Shown: positions 1 to 9,807, counted from the stretch's first letter. The stretch: 32,000 nt of DNA from an uncultured Actinomycetes bacterium (GCA_963843975.1 CAWJMG010000003.1:1110001-1142000); one strand, 5' to 3'. Translations and numbers: made by a program. The notes: a model not told the origin generated them from the letters alone.

Positions 1-722
<722 letters not shown>

Positions 723-826
723 TTAACCGCCCGACGGAACCGGCACGCGGTGACCGGCGTCACAGGGGCGTACGGGACCGGGAGACGCCCGAGGACGATG
801 ATCGGGCACGGCAGGGAGGTTCGACC

Positions 827-2399
827 ATGACCACCAGCACGGAGACCCGCAAGACAGCACGGACGACTCGCACGTCGCTGGCCGCCGGCGGCGTCGTCGC
901 GGTGCTCGCCCTCGCGGGCTGCGGCACCCAGGTGGCGAGCGACAGCTCCGGCCTTGCCCCCCTGCGCATCGGCCAGGCCTCGATGGCCGGCGCACCCGCA
1001 GCCGGAGCGGACTCGGCCGGCGGCAAGATCGCCGCGGGCTGGACGCTCGACGGCACGCTCCCCACCGGCCCCGGGACCGGACCGGTCCTGCGGTTCACGG
1101 GGGCCCCCGGCGAGGACGACGTCCGCGCCCTCGCGGCCGCGCTCGGGCTCACCGCAGCGCCCGACAAGCACGCGCACGGCTGGGTCGTCGACGGTGCCGC
1201 GGGCGAGCCTCCGCGTCCGCAGCGACGCCGCCGGCCAGTGGTCCTTCTCGCGCAGCACCGACTGCCCGTCGTACTTCGTCGACGTCGACCGCACCGACGG
1301 CAGCACCGGGGTGTCGTGCGCCGTCGGCGGCGAACCGGTGTCGGTGACCGTTCCGCTGCCCCCCGACGCGCCGTCCGACGCACCCACCGCGAACGACCTG
1401 CCCCTCGTCAGCGACGACGCCGCACTGGCTGCGGCGGAGCCGGTGCTCACGGCAGCCGGTGTCGACGCCCAGCCGAGGGTCTACGGCGGAGCATCCGGCC
1501 AGAGCGGCACCGTGGCCATGGTGGTCGGCGACCCGACCGTGGCCGGCCTCCCCACCGCCGGCCTGCGCACGGTGGTCGACGTCGACACGACCGGAGTCCT
1601 CGGCGCGACCGGGTGGCTCGGCGACCTCACGGCCGACGGCGACTACCCCGTGATCAGCGCGCAGAAGGCGTTCGACCGGCTCGACCAGCTGCCGCGGGCG
1701 CTGGCCGCCATCGCCTGCCCCGAGATCGCGCCCGGCCCCCTGGAGTCCCCCGGCGACGACCCGAAGCCCATCCCGTGCCCGACTCCCGAGCCGATGGCCG
1801 TCACCGGCGCCGCCTTCGGGCTGACGCTCTCGTGGGAGGGCATGACGCCGATCCTCGTGCCGGCGTGGCTGTTCCAGGTGGCCGGGTGGGACGACCCGCT
1901 CGTGCAGGTCGCCGTCGCCGACGAGTACCTGGCCGACCCGACGCCGGCACCCGAGCCGAGTGCGGGCACCGGAGGCGGCAGCGCCATCCCGCCGAACCCG
2001 GGACCGAGCGGACCGGTCGACACCCCCGTCGCGCCGCCGACGCCGAATCCCGGCACCCCGCCGGGCAATGGGGGCGGCACCGATCCGTCGACCGGTACGG
2101 GTGGCGGCCAGCCCGGTGCGGAGACTCCCGCGATCGAGAAGGCGTACCTCGACACCAACGGCACGACGCTCGCGCTCGTCGGGTGGGGCGGCGTGTGCTC
2201 GGAGTACACCGGCATCGCCGACGAGTCGTCGTCCGCGGTGAAGGTCCAGATCGTCGGCCGCTCGACCCTCGGCCCCGACCAGGCGTGCATCGAGATCGCC
2301 CAGGAGATCAAGGTCGTCGTGGAGCTCGACGCACCTCTGGGCACCCGCACCCTGACCGATGCGGCCACGGGCCTGAAGATCCCCGTCACCCGCACCTGA
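827..2399 (+). pseudogene. Secreted lipoprotein of unknown function (about 523 aa if repaired). The frame is disrupted near 1203-1212.
   Basis: ATG at 827 follows GGGAGG. The N-terminus MTTSTETRKTARTTRTSLAAGGVVAVLALAGCG has a lipobox (LAGC). The 827 frame is coding-like up to ...HAHGWVVDGAAGE. The 954 frame is coding-like from ...LRVRSDAAGQWSFSRSTDCPSYFVDVDR to the stop at 2399. Each frame is Arg/Pro-rich junk on the other side of the junction. Confidence 0.7.
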
Positions 2400-2481
2400 C
2401 CCCCGCGCTGAACCTGATCAATCCGTCGTTTCCGGGCGTGGGAAGCGACGGATTGATCAGTGTGAGCGGGTGGGTCGTACG

Positions 2482-2517
2482 ACGAAGGGCCGCACCCTCG
2501 CGGGTGCGGCCCTTCGT
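2482..2517. terminator. GC-rich hairpin between convergent genes, a likely bidirectional terminator
   Basis: acgaagggccgcaccc / tcgc / gggtgcggcccttcgt forms a 16-bp perfect stem with a 4-nt loop. It lies between the lipoprotein stop (2399) and the erpA stop (2531). Confidence 0.6.
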
Positions 2518-2530
2518 GACGTGTGGCGGT

Positions 2531-2896
2531 CTAGCTGAACGAGTCGCCGCAGGCGCAGGAGCCGCCGGCGTTCGGGTTGTCGATCGTGAAGCCCTGCTTC
2601 TCGATCGTGTCCACGAAGTCGACCGTGGCGCCGGTGAGGTACGGGGCGCTCATGCGGTCGGTGACGACCTTGACGGTGCCGAACTCCTTGACGATGTCGC
2701 CGTCGAGCGAGCGGTCGTCGAAGAAGAGCTGGTAGCGCAGACCCGAGCAGCCACCGGGCTGCACTGCGACGCGCAGCGAGAGGTCCTCGCGGCCCTCCTG
2801 CGCGAGCAGGGCGGCAACCTTGGACGACGCGGTGTCGGTGAGCAGGATGCCGTCGGAGACGGGGGTCGAGGTCTCGATCGTGACGTCGGCGGTCAT
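2531..2896 (-). CDS. erpA: Iron-sulfur cluster insertion/assembly protein, HesB/IscA/ErpA family (121 aa)
   Basis: ATG at 2896 sits 7 nt after GGAGGA. The protein contains VQPGGCSGLRYQLFFD and a C-terminal GGSCACGDSFS, the three-Cys signature of A-type carriers. Its position matches Rv2204c. Confidence 0.85.
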   Translation of the reverse strand: MTADVTIETSTPVSDGILLTDTASSKVAALLAQEGREDLSLRVAVQPGGCSGLRYQLFFDDRSLDGDIVKEFGTVKVVTDRMSAPYLTGATVDFVDTIEKQGFTIDNPNAGGSCACGDSFS

Positions 2897-3020
2897 GCGG
2901 CTGTCCTCCGTGATGCGACTGGTCGTTCCGGTACGTGAGGGCCAACCGGGCCACCCGGCGTCGTATTCCCACCGGGTGAGGACACCCTCACCAGGACCAT
3001 CGTGCCACGGCCGGGGCCGA

Positions 3021-4172
3021 TCAGCCCCTTCCGCCCCACGTGCGAGCCGCGCGCTCCGCCAGGGCCGCGAGGTGCTCGGCCGGCTGCTCGAGGGCGGCGG
3101 ACTCCGGGATGCCGCGGGCGACGAGGTCGTCGACGACGGCGAACGCACCGCTGATGCCCGTCGCGGCGTACTCCCGGCGTCCGACCTCGACGCGGCCCGC
3201 GAGCACGACGCAGGCCCGGCCGTGCGCGAGCGCGGTCTCCGCGACGCCCGAGACGACCTTGCCGCGCAGGCTCTGCCAGTCGAAGGACCCCTCGCCGGTC
3301 ACGACGAGGTCGGCAGCCGCGACCAGCGCGTCGAAGCCGAGGGTGTCGAGCACCGTCGCGATGCCCGGAACCCGGACGGCGTCGAGGTGAAGGAGCGCGT
3401 AGCCGAGACCGCCCGCCGCACCGGCGCCGAGCGCGACCGCCGGGTCCTTGCCGTCGGGGCGACGCCCGACGACCTCGACCAGGTGCTCGACGGTCCCCTC
3501 GAGCTCCATCACGGCGCCGTCGTCGGCGCCCTTCTGGCGGGCGAACCCGTTGGCCGCCCCACGCAGGCCGAGGAGCGGGTTGTCGACGTCCGTGGCCATG
3601 ACGAGCTCGACGCCGTCCAGCGACGCACGCGCTGCCGAGAGGTCGACCGACTGCACCGAGCGCAGGGCGGAGGCGCCCAGGGCCAGCAGGGCCGTGACGT
3701 CTGCGCCCTCGGCGCCCTCGGCCGTGGCCCCCAGGGCGGCGAGCATGCCGATGCCGCCGTCGTTCGTCGCGCTGCCGCCGAGGCCGACCACGACGCGCTC
3801 GACGCCCTCCGCCACGGCCACGGCGATCAGCTCGCCCACGCCGTACGTCGTGGTGCGCACGGGATCGCGGAGGTCGACGGGCACGAGGTGCAGGCCGCAC
3901 GCCGACGCGGACTCGACGTACGCCGTGCCCTCGACGACGAGCACGGACGCGGTCACGGGGAGGCCGAGCGGGCCGGTGACCTCGCGCTCCACGCGGCGAC
4001 CGCCGAGGGTGCGCTCGAGGGCGTCGAGGAATCCAGGGCCGCCGTCGGCCAGCGGCACCTGCACGATCTCGTCGCCCGGTGCCGTGCGCAGCCAGCCCTC
4101 GGTGATGGCGGCCGCGGCCTCGAGAGCCGAGAGCGTGCCTGCGAACTTGTCGGGGGCGAGGAGGACCTTCAC
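3021..4172 (-). CDS. glxK: Glycerate kinase (383 aa)
   Basis: MKVLLAPDKFAGTLSA, PLADGGPGF, GLGGSATNDGGIGML and VVTGEGSFDWQSLRGKV are family motifs. It is a full-length ORF. Confidence 0.85.
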   Translation of the reverse strand: MKVLLAPDKFAGTLSALEAAAAITEGWLRTAPGDEIVQVPLADGGPGFLDALERTLGGRRVEREVTGPLGLPVTASVLVVEGTAYVESASACGLHLVPVDLRDPVRTTTYGVGELIAVAVAEGVERVVVGLGGSATNDGGIGMLAALGATAEGAEGADVTALLALGASALRSVQSVDLSAARASLDGVELVMATDVDNPLLGLRGAANGFARQKGADDGAVMELEGTVEHLVEVVGRRPDGKDPAVALGAGAAGGLGYALLHLDAVRVPGIATVLDTLGFDALVAAADLVVTGEGSFDWQSLRGKVVSGVAETALAHGRACVVLAGRVEVGRREYAATGISGAFAVVDDLVARGIPESAALEQPAEHLAALAERAARTWGGRG

Positions 4173-4276
4173 GTGATCGACCGTACCGGGACGGAAGCAG
4201 CGAGCCCTGTCGAGCGTTGCACGGGTGACGCGGTTCGGACGGTCGCCCGGCCGGTCCGGGACCCGTCTGGGAGGAT

Positions 4277-5488
4277 GTGCGCGTGAGCACCGAGAGCTTC
4301 GTGGACCCCAGCCCGACCCCCCTCGCCCTGCTTCTGCTCGGTCGCGGCGCCGACCCGCAGTCCGAGCGCGGCGTCGAGTGCCCGGGCGACCTCCCCGCGG
4401 CGAGCGACCCCGACCTCGTGGCCCGCGCCCGCGCGGCCAAGGAGAAGCTGGGCGACCGCGTCTTCGTCCTGGGTCACCACTACCAGCGCGACGAGGTCAT
4501 CCAGTTCGCCGACATCACGGGCGACTCGTTCAAGCTCGCGCGCGACGCCGCGGCCCGGCCGGACGCCGAGTTCGTCGTGTTCTGCGGCGTGCACTTCATG
4601 GCCGAGAGCGCCGACATCCTCACCGGACCCGACCAGGCGGTCGTCCTCCCCGACCTCGCCGCGGGCTGCTCCATGGCCGACATGGCCGCCATCGGCCAGG
4701 TCGAGGACGCATGGGACGTGCTGGCGGACGCCGGGATCACCGATGTCACGATCCCGATCACGTACATGAACTCGACCGCCGCCATCAAGGCGTTCACCGG
4801 TCGCAACCGCGGCGCGGTGTGCACGTCGTCCAACGCGCAGCGCGCCCTCGAGTGGGCGTTCGAGCAGGGCGAGAAGGTCTTCTTCCTCCCCGACCAGCAC
4901 CTCGGTCGCAACACCGCGGTGCTCGACCTCGGGCTCTCGCTCGACGACTGCGTCGTCTACGACCCGCACAAGCCGCAGGGCGGCCTCACCGTCGAGCAGC
5001 TGCGCGCGGCGAAGGTCATCCTCTGGAAGGGCCACTGCTCGGTGCACGGCCGCTTCGCGCTCGAGTCGGTGGTCGATGTCCGCGAGCGCGTGCCGGGCGT
5101 CAACGTCCTCGTGCACCCCGAGTGCAAGCACGAGGTCGTCACCGCCGCCGACTACGTCGGCTCGACCGAGTTCATCATCAAGACCCTCGACGCCGCCCCC
5201 GTCGGCAGCGCCTGGGCCATCGGCACCGAGCTCAACCTCGTGAAGCGCCTCGCGCTCGCGCACCCCGACAAGCAGATCGTCTTCCTCGACAAGACGGTGT
5301 GCTTCTGCGCGACGATGAACCGCATCGACCTGCCGCACCTGGTGTGGGCGCTCGAGAACCTCGTCGACGGGAACGTCGTCAACCGCATCGAGGTCGACCC
5401 CGACGTCGCCCACTGGGCGAAGGTCGCGCTCGACCGCATGCTCGCCCTGCCCGGCGTCGGTGCCACCCCGCCCTCAGCCCAGGACTGA
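4277..5488 (+). CDS. nadA: Quinolinate synthase NadA
   Basis: The 403-aa ORF contains VFCGVHFMAESADIL, AGCSMADM, YMNSTAAIKAF, WKGHCSVHGRF, VHPECKHEV and VCFCATMNRI, which place three cluster-ligand Cys in the expected positions. The start is GTG 4277 or, with better spacing from GGAGG, GTG 4283. Confidence 0.9.
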   Translation: MRVSTESFVDPSPTPLALLLLGRGADPQSERGVECPGDLPAASDPDLVARARAAKEKLGDRVFVLGHHYQRDEVIQFADITGDSFKLARDAAARPDAEFVVFCGVHFMAESADILTGPDQAVVLPDLAAGCSMADMAAIGQVEDAWDVLADAGITDVTIPITYMNSTAAIKAFTGRNRGAVCTSSNAQRALEWAFEQGEKVFFLPDQHLGRNTAVLDLGLSLDDCVVYDPHKPQGGLTVEQLRAAKVILWKGHCSVHGRFALESVVDVRERVPGVNVLVHPECKHEVVTAADYVGSTEFIIKTLDAAPVGSAWAIGTELNLVKRLALAHPDKQIVFLDKTVCFCATMNRIDLPHLVWALENLVDGNVVNRIEVDPDVAHWAKVALDRMLALPGVGATPPSAQD

Positions 5489-5495
5489 CCTCGCA

Positions 5496-6110
5496 CTAGA
5501 GGCCGGGGGCGCCCCAGACGGCGAACCAGCGGCTGGTGTCGGCCTCCATCTTGAGGTCGTCCCCCAGCAGGTCGCGCAGCTGGATCTCGAGCAGGTTGTC
5601 GCGCTTGTTGATCGGCTTGCCGTCGACGGTCGTGCCGGTGCTCTTCGCCGGTACGAACGGGTAGAACGTGCCCTGCTTGTAGAGGTACACGAGCCCCGCC
5701 GTACGCGATCCGTCGGTGAAGGTGACCAGCGAGCAGAGCAGGGTCGAGCCGAAGCCCGAGTCCTGCAGCGTGGTGTTGACGGCGTGCAGGTCGGTGACCA
5801 GCGCGCTCGCGTCGGGCGGGTCGTTGCTGCAGACGAGCCACGTGTAGCCGTACGAGTCGACCTCGACCTGCACCTTCGGGCCGCCGCCCGCGTCGAGCAG
5901 CGCCTGCACCTCGGCCTGGACGTCGGCGAAGGCGCGACCCTCCGGCGCGCGGAACGCGACAGAGCCGGTGCCCGTGGGGTGGAACCCGAGCGAGGCGTCG
6001 AGCGTGATGGCGGCCGAGGGCAGCCCGAAGAGGTTGTCGAGGTCGGGGCGCGCCGGCTTGCTGCGCCCGAGGATCGAGTCGAGGAATCCCACGGCACCAC
6101 TCTCCCTCAT
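5496..6110 (-). CDS. PspA-associated protein, PspAB-like (about 200 aa)
   Basis: The conserved-looking N-terminus GFLDSILGRSKPARPDLDNLFGLPSAAITL and the remainder match my memory of the actinobacterial PspAB family. The start is ATG 6110 or GTG 6092 (GGGAGAG upstream). It lies 44 bp downstream of the M48 paralogue on the same strand. Confidence 0.6.
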   Translation of the reverse strand: MRESGAVGFLDSILGRSKPARPDLDNLFGLPSAAITLDASLGFHPTGTGSVAFRAPEGRAFADVQAEVQALLDAGGGPKVQVEVDSYGYTWLVCSNDPPDASALVTDLHAVNTTLQDSGFGSTLLCSLVTFTDGSRTAGLVYLYKQGTFYPFVPAKSTGTTVDGKPINKRDNLLEIQLRDLLGDDLKMEADTSRWFAVWGAPGL

Positions 6111-6153
6111 CACCCCGCGGAGCACCGATCGGCAGGCGTGCGGGTCGGTGCGT

Positions 6154-7014
6154 TCAGCGCTGCCCGAGCTGGGCGGCCACGCGGGCGAGGCTCGCCGCAC
6201 GCTCGTCCACGCTGGGGTGCGTACGCCGGTCGAGCGGTCCGGCAGGCGACGCCTCCGCGAACGGCACCGCCATCACCAGCCGCAGGTCGGCGGGCCCGCT
6301 GCTCGCGCCCGTGCACGTGCGGACCGCGGCGTCGAGGTCACTCGGGCTGCCCGTGAGCAGCGCCGCAGCACGGTCGGCCGAGAGCTCGCGCTGGCGCATG
6401 AGGCTGCGAACCGCAGGGACGATCCACCCGGCGAGGAAGCCCACCTTGCGGTCGGCGAGCTCGGCGATCGCCTCGAGGCGGCTCGTCAGCGGAGCGTCGC
6501 CGTGCGCGATGTGGAACAGCTCGTGCGCCAGCATCGCGTCGAGCTCCGCGGGCGTGCATGTCTCCACGGCCGCCATCGTGACGCAGATCGCCTGCACGCG
6601 GTCGATCTCGACGACCACGTAGGAGTTGGGCCGCTCGGAGGCCACGATGCGCAGCGGCGGAGCGGGCACGTCGGCCAGGGCCGCGAGCCGTTCGAGGGCG
6701 ACGCGCAGCGGGTCGCCCGGCGGCACCTCGGCGATGTCACCCCGTCCGAGCGACGTGCCGCGCTCGGCTCGCCGCAGCTCGCCTAGCAGCCAGATCACCG
6801 CGATCGCGAACGGGACCACGAGCGCGAGTCCGTGCGTCGTCCCGATGACCTTGAACGCACCCCAGTGCCCGATCTTGGCGGCGAAGACGGTCACCACGAC
6901 CGTGAGCCCGAGGACGAGCAGGACGACGGCGCCGGCCACGGCGGCGACCGCGCGACGGGTCGCGCGCTCGAGCACGGGATCGTCGCCGTAGCGCCGAGCC
7001 GACCGGTCCGTCAT
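6154..7014 (-). CDS. M48-family zinc metallopeptidase, a divergent HtpX paralogue (286 aa)
   Basis: It has the HELFHIAHGD (HExxH) motif, two N-terminal TM helices, and RELSADRAAALLTG aligning with HtpX RELSADRTGALLTG. Its C-terminal AQLGQR is identical to that of HtpX at 7732-8640. Confidence 0.75.
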   Translation of the reverse strand: MTDRSARRYGDDPVLERATRRAVAAVAGAVVLLVLGLTVVVTVFAAKIGHWGAFKVIGTTHGLALVVPFAIAVIWLLGELRRAERGTSLGRGDIAEVPPGDPLRVALERLAALADVPAPPLRIVASERPNSYVVVEIDRVQAICVTMAAVETCTPAELDAMLAHELFHIAHGDAPLTSRLEAIAELADRKVGFLAGWIVPAVRSLMRQRELSADRAAALLTGSPSDLDAAVRTCTGASSGPADLRLVMAVPFAEASPAGPLDRRTHPSVDERAASLARVAAQLGQR

Positions 7015-7130
7015 GCCACGACGATACGTCCGGGTCCCCCGTTCGGCAGCGTCGAATCCGATCGCCCGTCAGGCCCGGGGGTCGGGCCCCGCGTGCGCCC
7101 GTCCTCGTGAGGGTCGGGGATACTCGAGCG

Positions 7131-7727
7131 GTGAAGCGCACCCTGCTCGTGGCCGTGCCGGTGTCGGCGTCCGCCCTGCTGCTGTCCGCCTGCGCCGCCA
7201 GCGCGTCCGACGGCGGCACCACGGCGTCGCCCGCCCCCACCGGGTCGGCGTCGTCCTCGGGCACGACCGTGGTGTCGGGTGAGCGCACCTACTCCGGGCT
7301 CGTGCAGGACCACGTCGACGGCGCGGTCGACTACCCGCAGTCCCCGCCTGTCGGCGGACCGCACAACCCGGTGTGGGTCGCCTGCGACGGCCGCGTGTAC
7401 GACGCCGCGATCCCGAACGAGAAGGCGGTGCACTCGCTCGAGCACGGCGCCGTATGGGTCACGTGGGCGCCGACGCTCGCACCGGCGGACGTGGAGAAGC
7501 TGCACGCGCTGATCGAGGGCGTGAACTACCGCCTCGGCTCGCCGTACCCAGGTCTCACGGCACCGGTCACCGTCACGGCGTGGGGCCACCAGATGGGCGC
7601 CGACAGCGTCGACGACCCCCGGATCGCGACCTTCCTGGACGCCTACACCAACGGACCGCAGACGCCGGAGCCCGGCGCCTCGTGCGCCGACCCGACCGGA
7701 GCCAGCCCGGACGTGCACTCGAGCTGA
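7131..7727 (+). CDS. DUF3105-like lipoprotein
   Basis: GTG at 7131 gives VKRTLLVAVPVSASALLLSAC, a lipobox (the track ORF starts at 7107). The core HSLEHGAVWVTW and AWGHQ resemble DUF3105 as I recall it. Confidence 0.65.
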   Translation: MKRTLLVAVPVSASALLLSACAASASDGGTTASPAPTGSASSSGTTVVSGERTYSGLVQDHVDGAVDYPQSPPVGGPHNPVWVACDGRVYDAAIPNEKAVHSLEHGAVWVTWAPTLAPADVEKLHALIEGVNYRLGSPYPGLTAPVTVTAWGHQMGADSVDDPRIATFLDAYTNGPQTPEPGASCADPTGASPDVHSS

Positions 7728-7731
7728 ACGG

Positions 7732-8640
7732 TCAGCGCTGGCCGAGCTGGGCGGAGACCTTCGCGAGCTCCTCGAGCCGCTTCTCGAGCGGCGGGTGGGT
7801 CATGAACAGCGTGGAGAGCGAGGCCTTGCTCGTGACGGCCGGGGCGAAGGCGAACGCCGACACCGCCTCCATCGAGCGCAGGTCGCGGTCCGGGATGGTG
7901 GCGATGTCGCCGGAGATCTTCACGAGGGCCGACGCGAGCGCGCTCGGCTTGCCCGTGAGCAGCGCGCCGGTGCGGTCGGCCGACAGCTCTCGGTAGCGCG
8001 ACAGCGCACGCGTGAGCAGGAACGACAGCACGTAGACGACGACCGAGACCAGGAAGACCACCATGAACATCAGCGCCGCGTTCTGGTCGCGGTTGTCGCG
8101 GCCCATGCCGCCCCACATGACCATGCGGGTGAGCAGACCGGCGACGACGCCGGCGAAGGACGCCACCGTCATCACCGTGACGTCGCGGTGGGCGATGTGC
8201 GAGAGCTCGTGCGACAGCACGCCCTCGAGCTCGTCGGCCTCGAGGCGGCGCAGGATCCCCGTGGTGACGCAGATGACCCCGCGGCTCGGAGTGCGGCCGG
8301 TGGCGAACGCGTTCGGGACGTCGGTGTCGGACACGGCGATGCGCGGCTTGGGCATGTCGGCCATGGCGCAGAGGCGATCGACCATGGCGTGCAGCTCGGG
8401 CGCCTCCTCCGGGGTGACGACGCGGGCGCGCATGGCGGCCAGCGCCATCGTGTCCGAGAAGTACCACTGCCCGAACAGCATGCCGCCGGAGATGATCAGC
8501 ACGAACGCGGTGCTCATGCCGAAGGAGATGAGCACGGCGGCGAGCGCGACGTAGAGAAGGCCCAGCCCGAAGGCCGTCCCGACCATGCGCCTCGTCAGGC
8601 CCTTGTCGCTGGCGTACCGCGTGGCGGCCACAGCCGTCAT
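7732..8640 (-). CDS. htpX: Zinc metalloprotease HtpX (M48B, 302 aa)
   Basis: ATG at 8640 follows CCAAGGAGG. It has four TM segments, the HELSHIAHRD motif and RELSADRTGALLTGKP. Confidence 0.9.
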   Translation of the reverse strand: MTAVAATRYASDKGLTRRMVGTAFGLGLLYVALAAVLISFGMSTAFVLIISGGMLFGQWYFSDTMALAAMRARVVTPEEAPELHAMVDRLCAMADMPKPRIAVSDTDVPNAFATGRTPSRGVICVTTGILRRLEADELEGVLSHELSHIAHRDVTVMTVASFAGVVAGLLTRMVMWGGMGRDNRDQNAALMFMVVFLVSVVVYVLSFLLTRALSRYRELSADRTGALLTGKPSALASALVKISGDIATIPDRDLRSMEAVSAFAFAPAVTSKASLSTLFMTHPPLEKRLEELAKVSAQLGQR

Positions 8641-8688
8641 CCTCCTTGGTCGTCGTGCGGGGACGTTCCTTGGTGATGGAACGCCGAC

Positions 8689-8713
8689 GGGCCGGGGAAG
8701 CGTTCCCCGGCCC
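8689..8713 (-). terminator. Perfect hairpin between the PspAA gene and htpX, a possible partial terminator or processing site
   Basis: gggccggggaa / gcg / ttccccggccc forms an 11-bp perfect stem with a 3-nt loop. There is no U-tract. Confidence 0.35.
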
Positions 8714-8733
8714 GGCAGACGTACAGGTGATTC

Positions 8734-9021
8734 TCAGCCGACCGGCTGGTCCGGCACGAGGCCTTCCTCGCTCAGCATCGCGCGGATGTCGTCCTCGCTC
8801 GCGTCGGCGAACGGCAGGATCACGTCGGACTCGCGGGCCTCGTGGTCCGGCGGGCGGACGCCCGTCGTGCGCACGAAGTCGAGCAGCGCGTCGAGCGCCG
8901 GCGTCACATCGGGCTGAGGCGTCTTGAGCGCTGCCTCCAGGGCGGCGTCGAGACGGTTGAGCTCGGTGAGCGCGGACTCGGGCATCTCGTACTGCCCCTC
9001 GCCCAGGATGCGGATGAGCAC
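8734..9021 (-). CDS. PspA-associated protein, PspAA-like (95 aa)
   Basis: MLIRILGEGQYEMPESALTELNRLDAALEAAL...ESDVILPFADASEDDIRAML matches my memory of the small acidic PspAA family. It lies 39 bp downstream of pspA. Confidence 0.65.
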   Translation of the reverse strand: MLIRILGEGQYEMPESALTELNRLDAALEAALKTPQPDVTPALDALLDFVRTTGVRPPDHEARESDVILPFADASEDDIRAMLSEEGLVPDQPVG

Positions 9022-9060
9022 GTGACTACCCCTCTCGGGACGTGACTGCGGGACGGTGGA

Positions 9061-9807
9061 TCAGGCCTGCGGCTTGTCGGCCGACTCGATGGCCGGAGCA
9101 GGGGCGGATCCGCTGATCTCGCCCTTCATCGCGGCGAGCTGCGCCTCGACGTCGTTGCCGCTGGCCATGCGCTCGAGCTCGAGGGTGATCGAGTCCTTGC
9201 TCGTGCCGGTCGGGTCGTCGAGAGCGCCGGACGCGAGCAGCTCGTCGATCGCCTGGCCGCGGGCCTGCAGCTGGGCGGTCTTGTCCTCGGCCCGCTGGAT
9301 AGCCATGCCGACGTCGCCGAGCTCCTCGCTGATGCCCGAGAAGGCCTCGTTGATCTTGGTCTGCGCCTCCGCTGCGGAGTACGTGGCCTTGATCGTCTCC
9401 TTCTTGGTGCGGAAGGCCTCGACCTTGGCCTGCAGTCGCTGGCTGGCCTGGACCAGCTTCTCCTCCTGGTCGGCGAGCGCGGCGTGCTGCGTCTGCAGGT
9501 CGGTGATCTGCGTGGCGAGCCCGGAGCGACGGGTGAGCGCCTCGCGGGCGAGGTCCTCGCGGCCGCCGGCGAGCGCGGCCTTGGCCTGCCCCTCGAGCTT
9601 GGTGCTCTGCTGCTCGAGCTGGGTGATCTGGAGCTCGAGGCGCTTGCGGCTCGTGGCCACGTCGGCCACGCCGCGGCGCACCTTCTGCAGCAGCTCGAGC
9701 TGCTTCTCGTAGGAGTAGTCCAGCGTCTCGCGCGGGTCCTCTGCCTTGTCCAGGGCCTTGTTCGCCTTGGACTTGAAGATCAGGGTGAAGCGCTGCCAGA
9801 GGCCCAT
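9061..9807 (-). CDS. pspA: PspA/IM30 (phage shock protein A) family protein (248 aa)
   Basis: ATG at 9807 follows GAGGAAGGGA. The N-terminus MGLWQRFTLIFKSKANKALDKAEDPRETLDYSYEKQLELLQKVRRGVADV is followed by long coiled-coil heptads. The extended 9975 start in the track is not supported. Confidence 0.9.
   Translation of the reverse strand: MGLWQRFTLIFKSKANKALDKAEDPRETLDYSYEKQLELLQKVRRGVADVATSRKRLELQITQLEQQSTKLEGQAKAALAGGREDLAREALTRRSGLATQITDLQTQHAALADQEEKLVQASQRLQAKVEAFRTKKETIKATYSAAEAQTKINEAFSGISEELGDVGMAIQRAEDKTAQLQARGQAIDELLASGALDDPTGTSKDSITLELERMASGNDVEAQLAAMKGEISGSAPAPAIESADKPQA

Noticed and set aside
4173-4276. An NAD-regulator (NrtR, NiaR or NadR type) operator upstream of nadA.
   Set aside because: I could identify no palindromic motif by eye. 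nadA stands alone without nadB or nadC, so there is no operon context to support a call.
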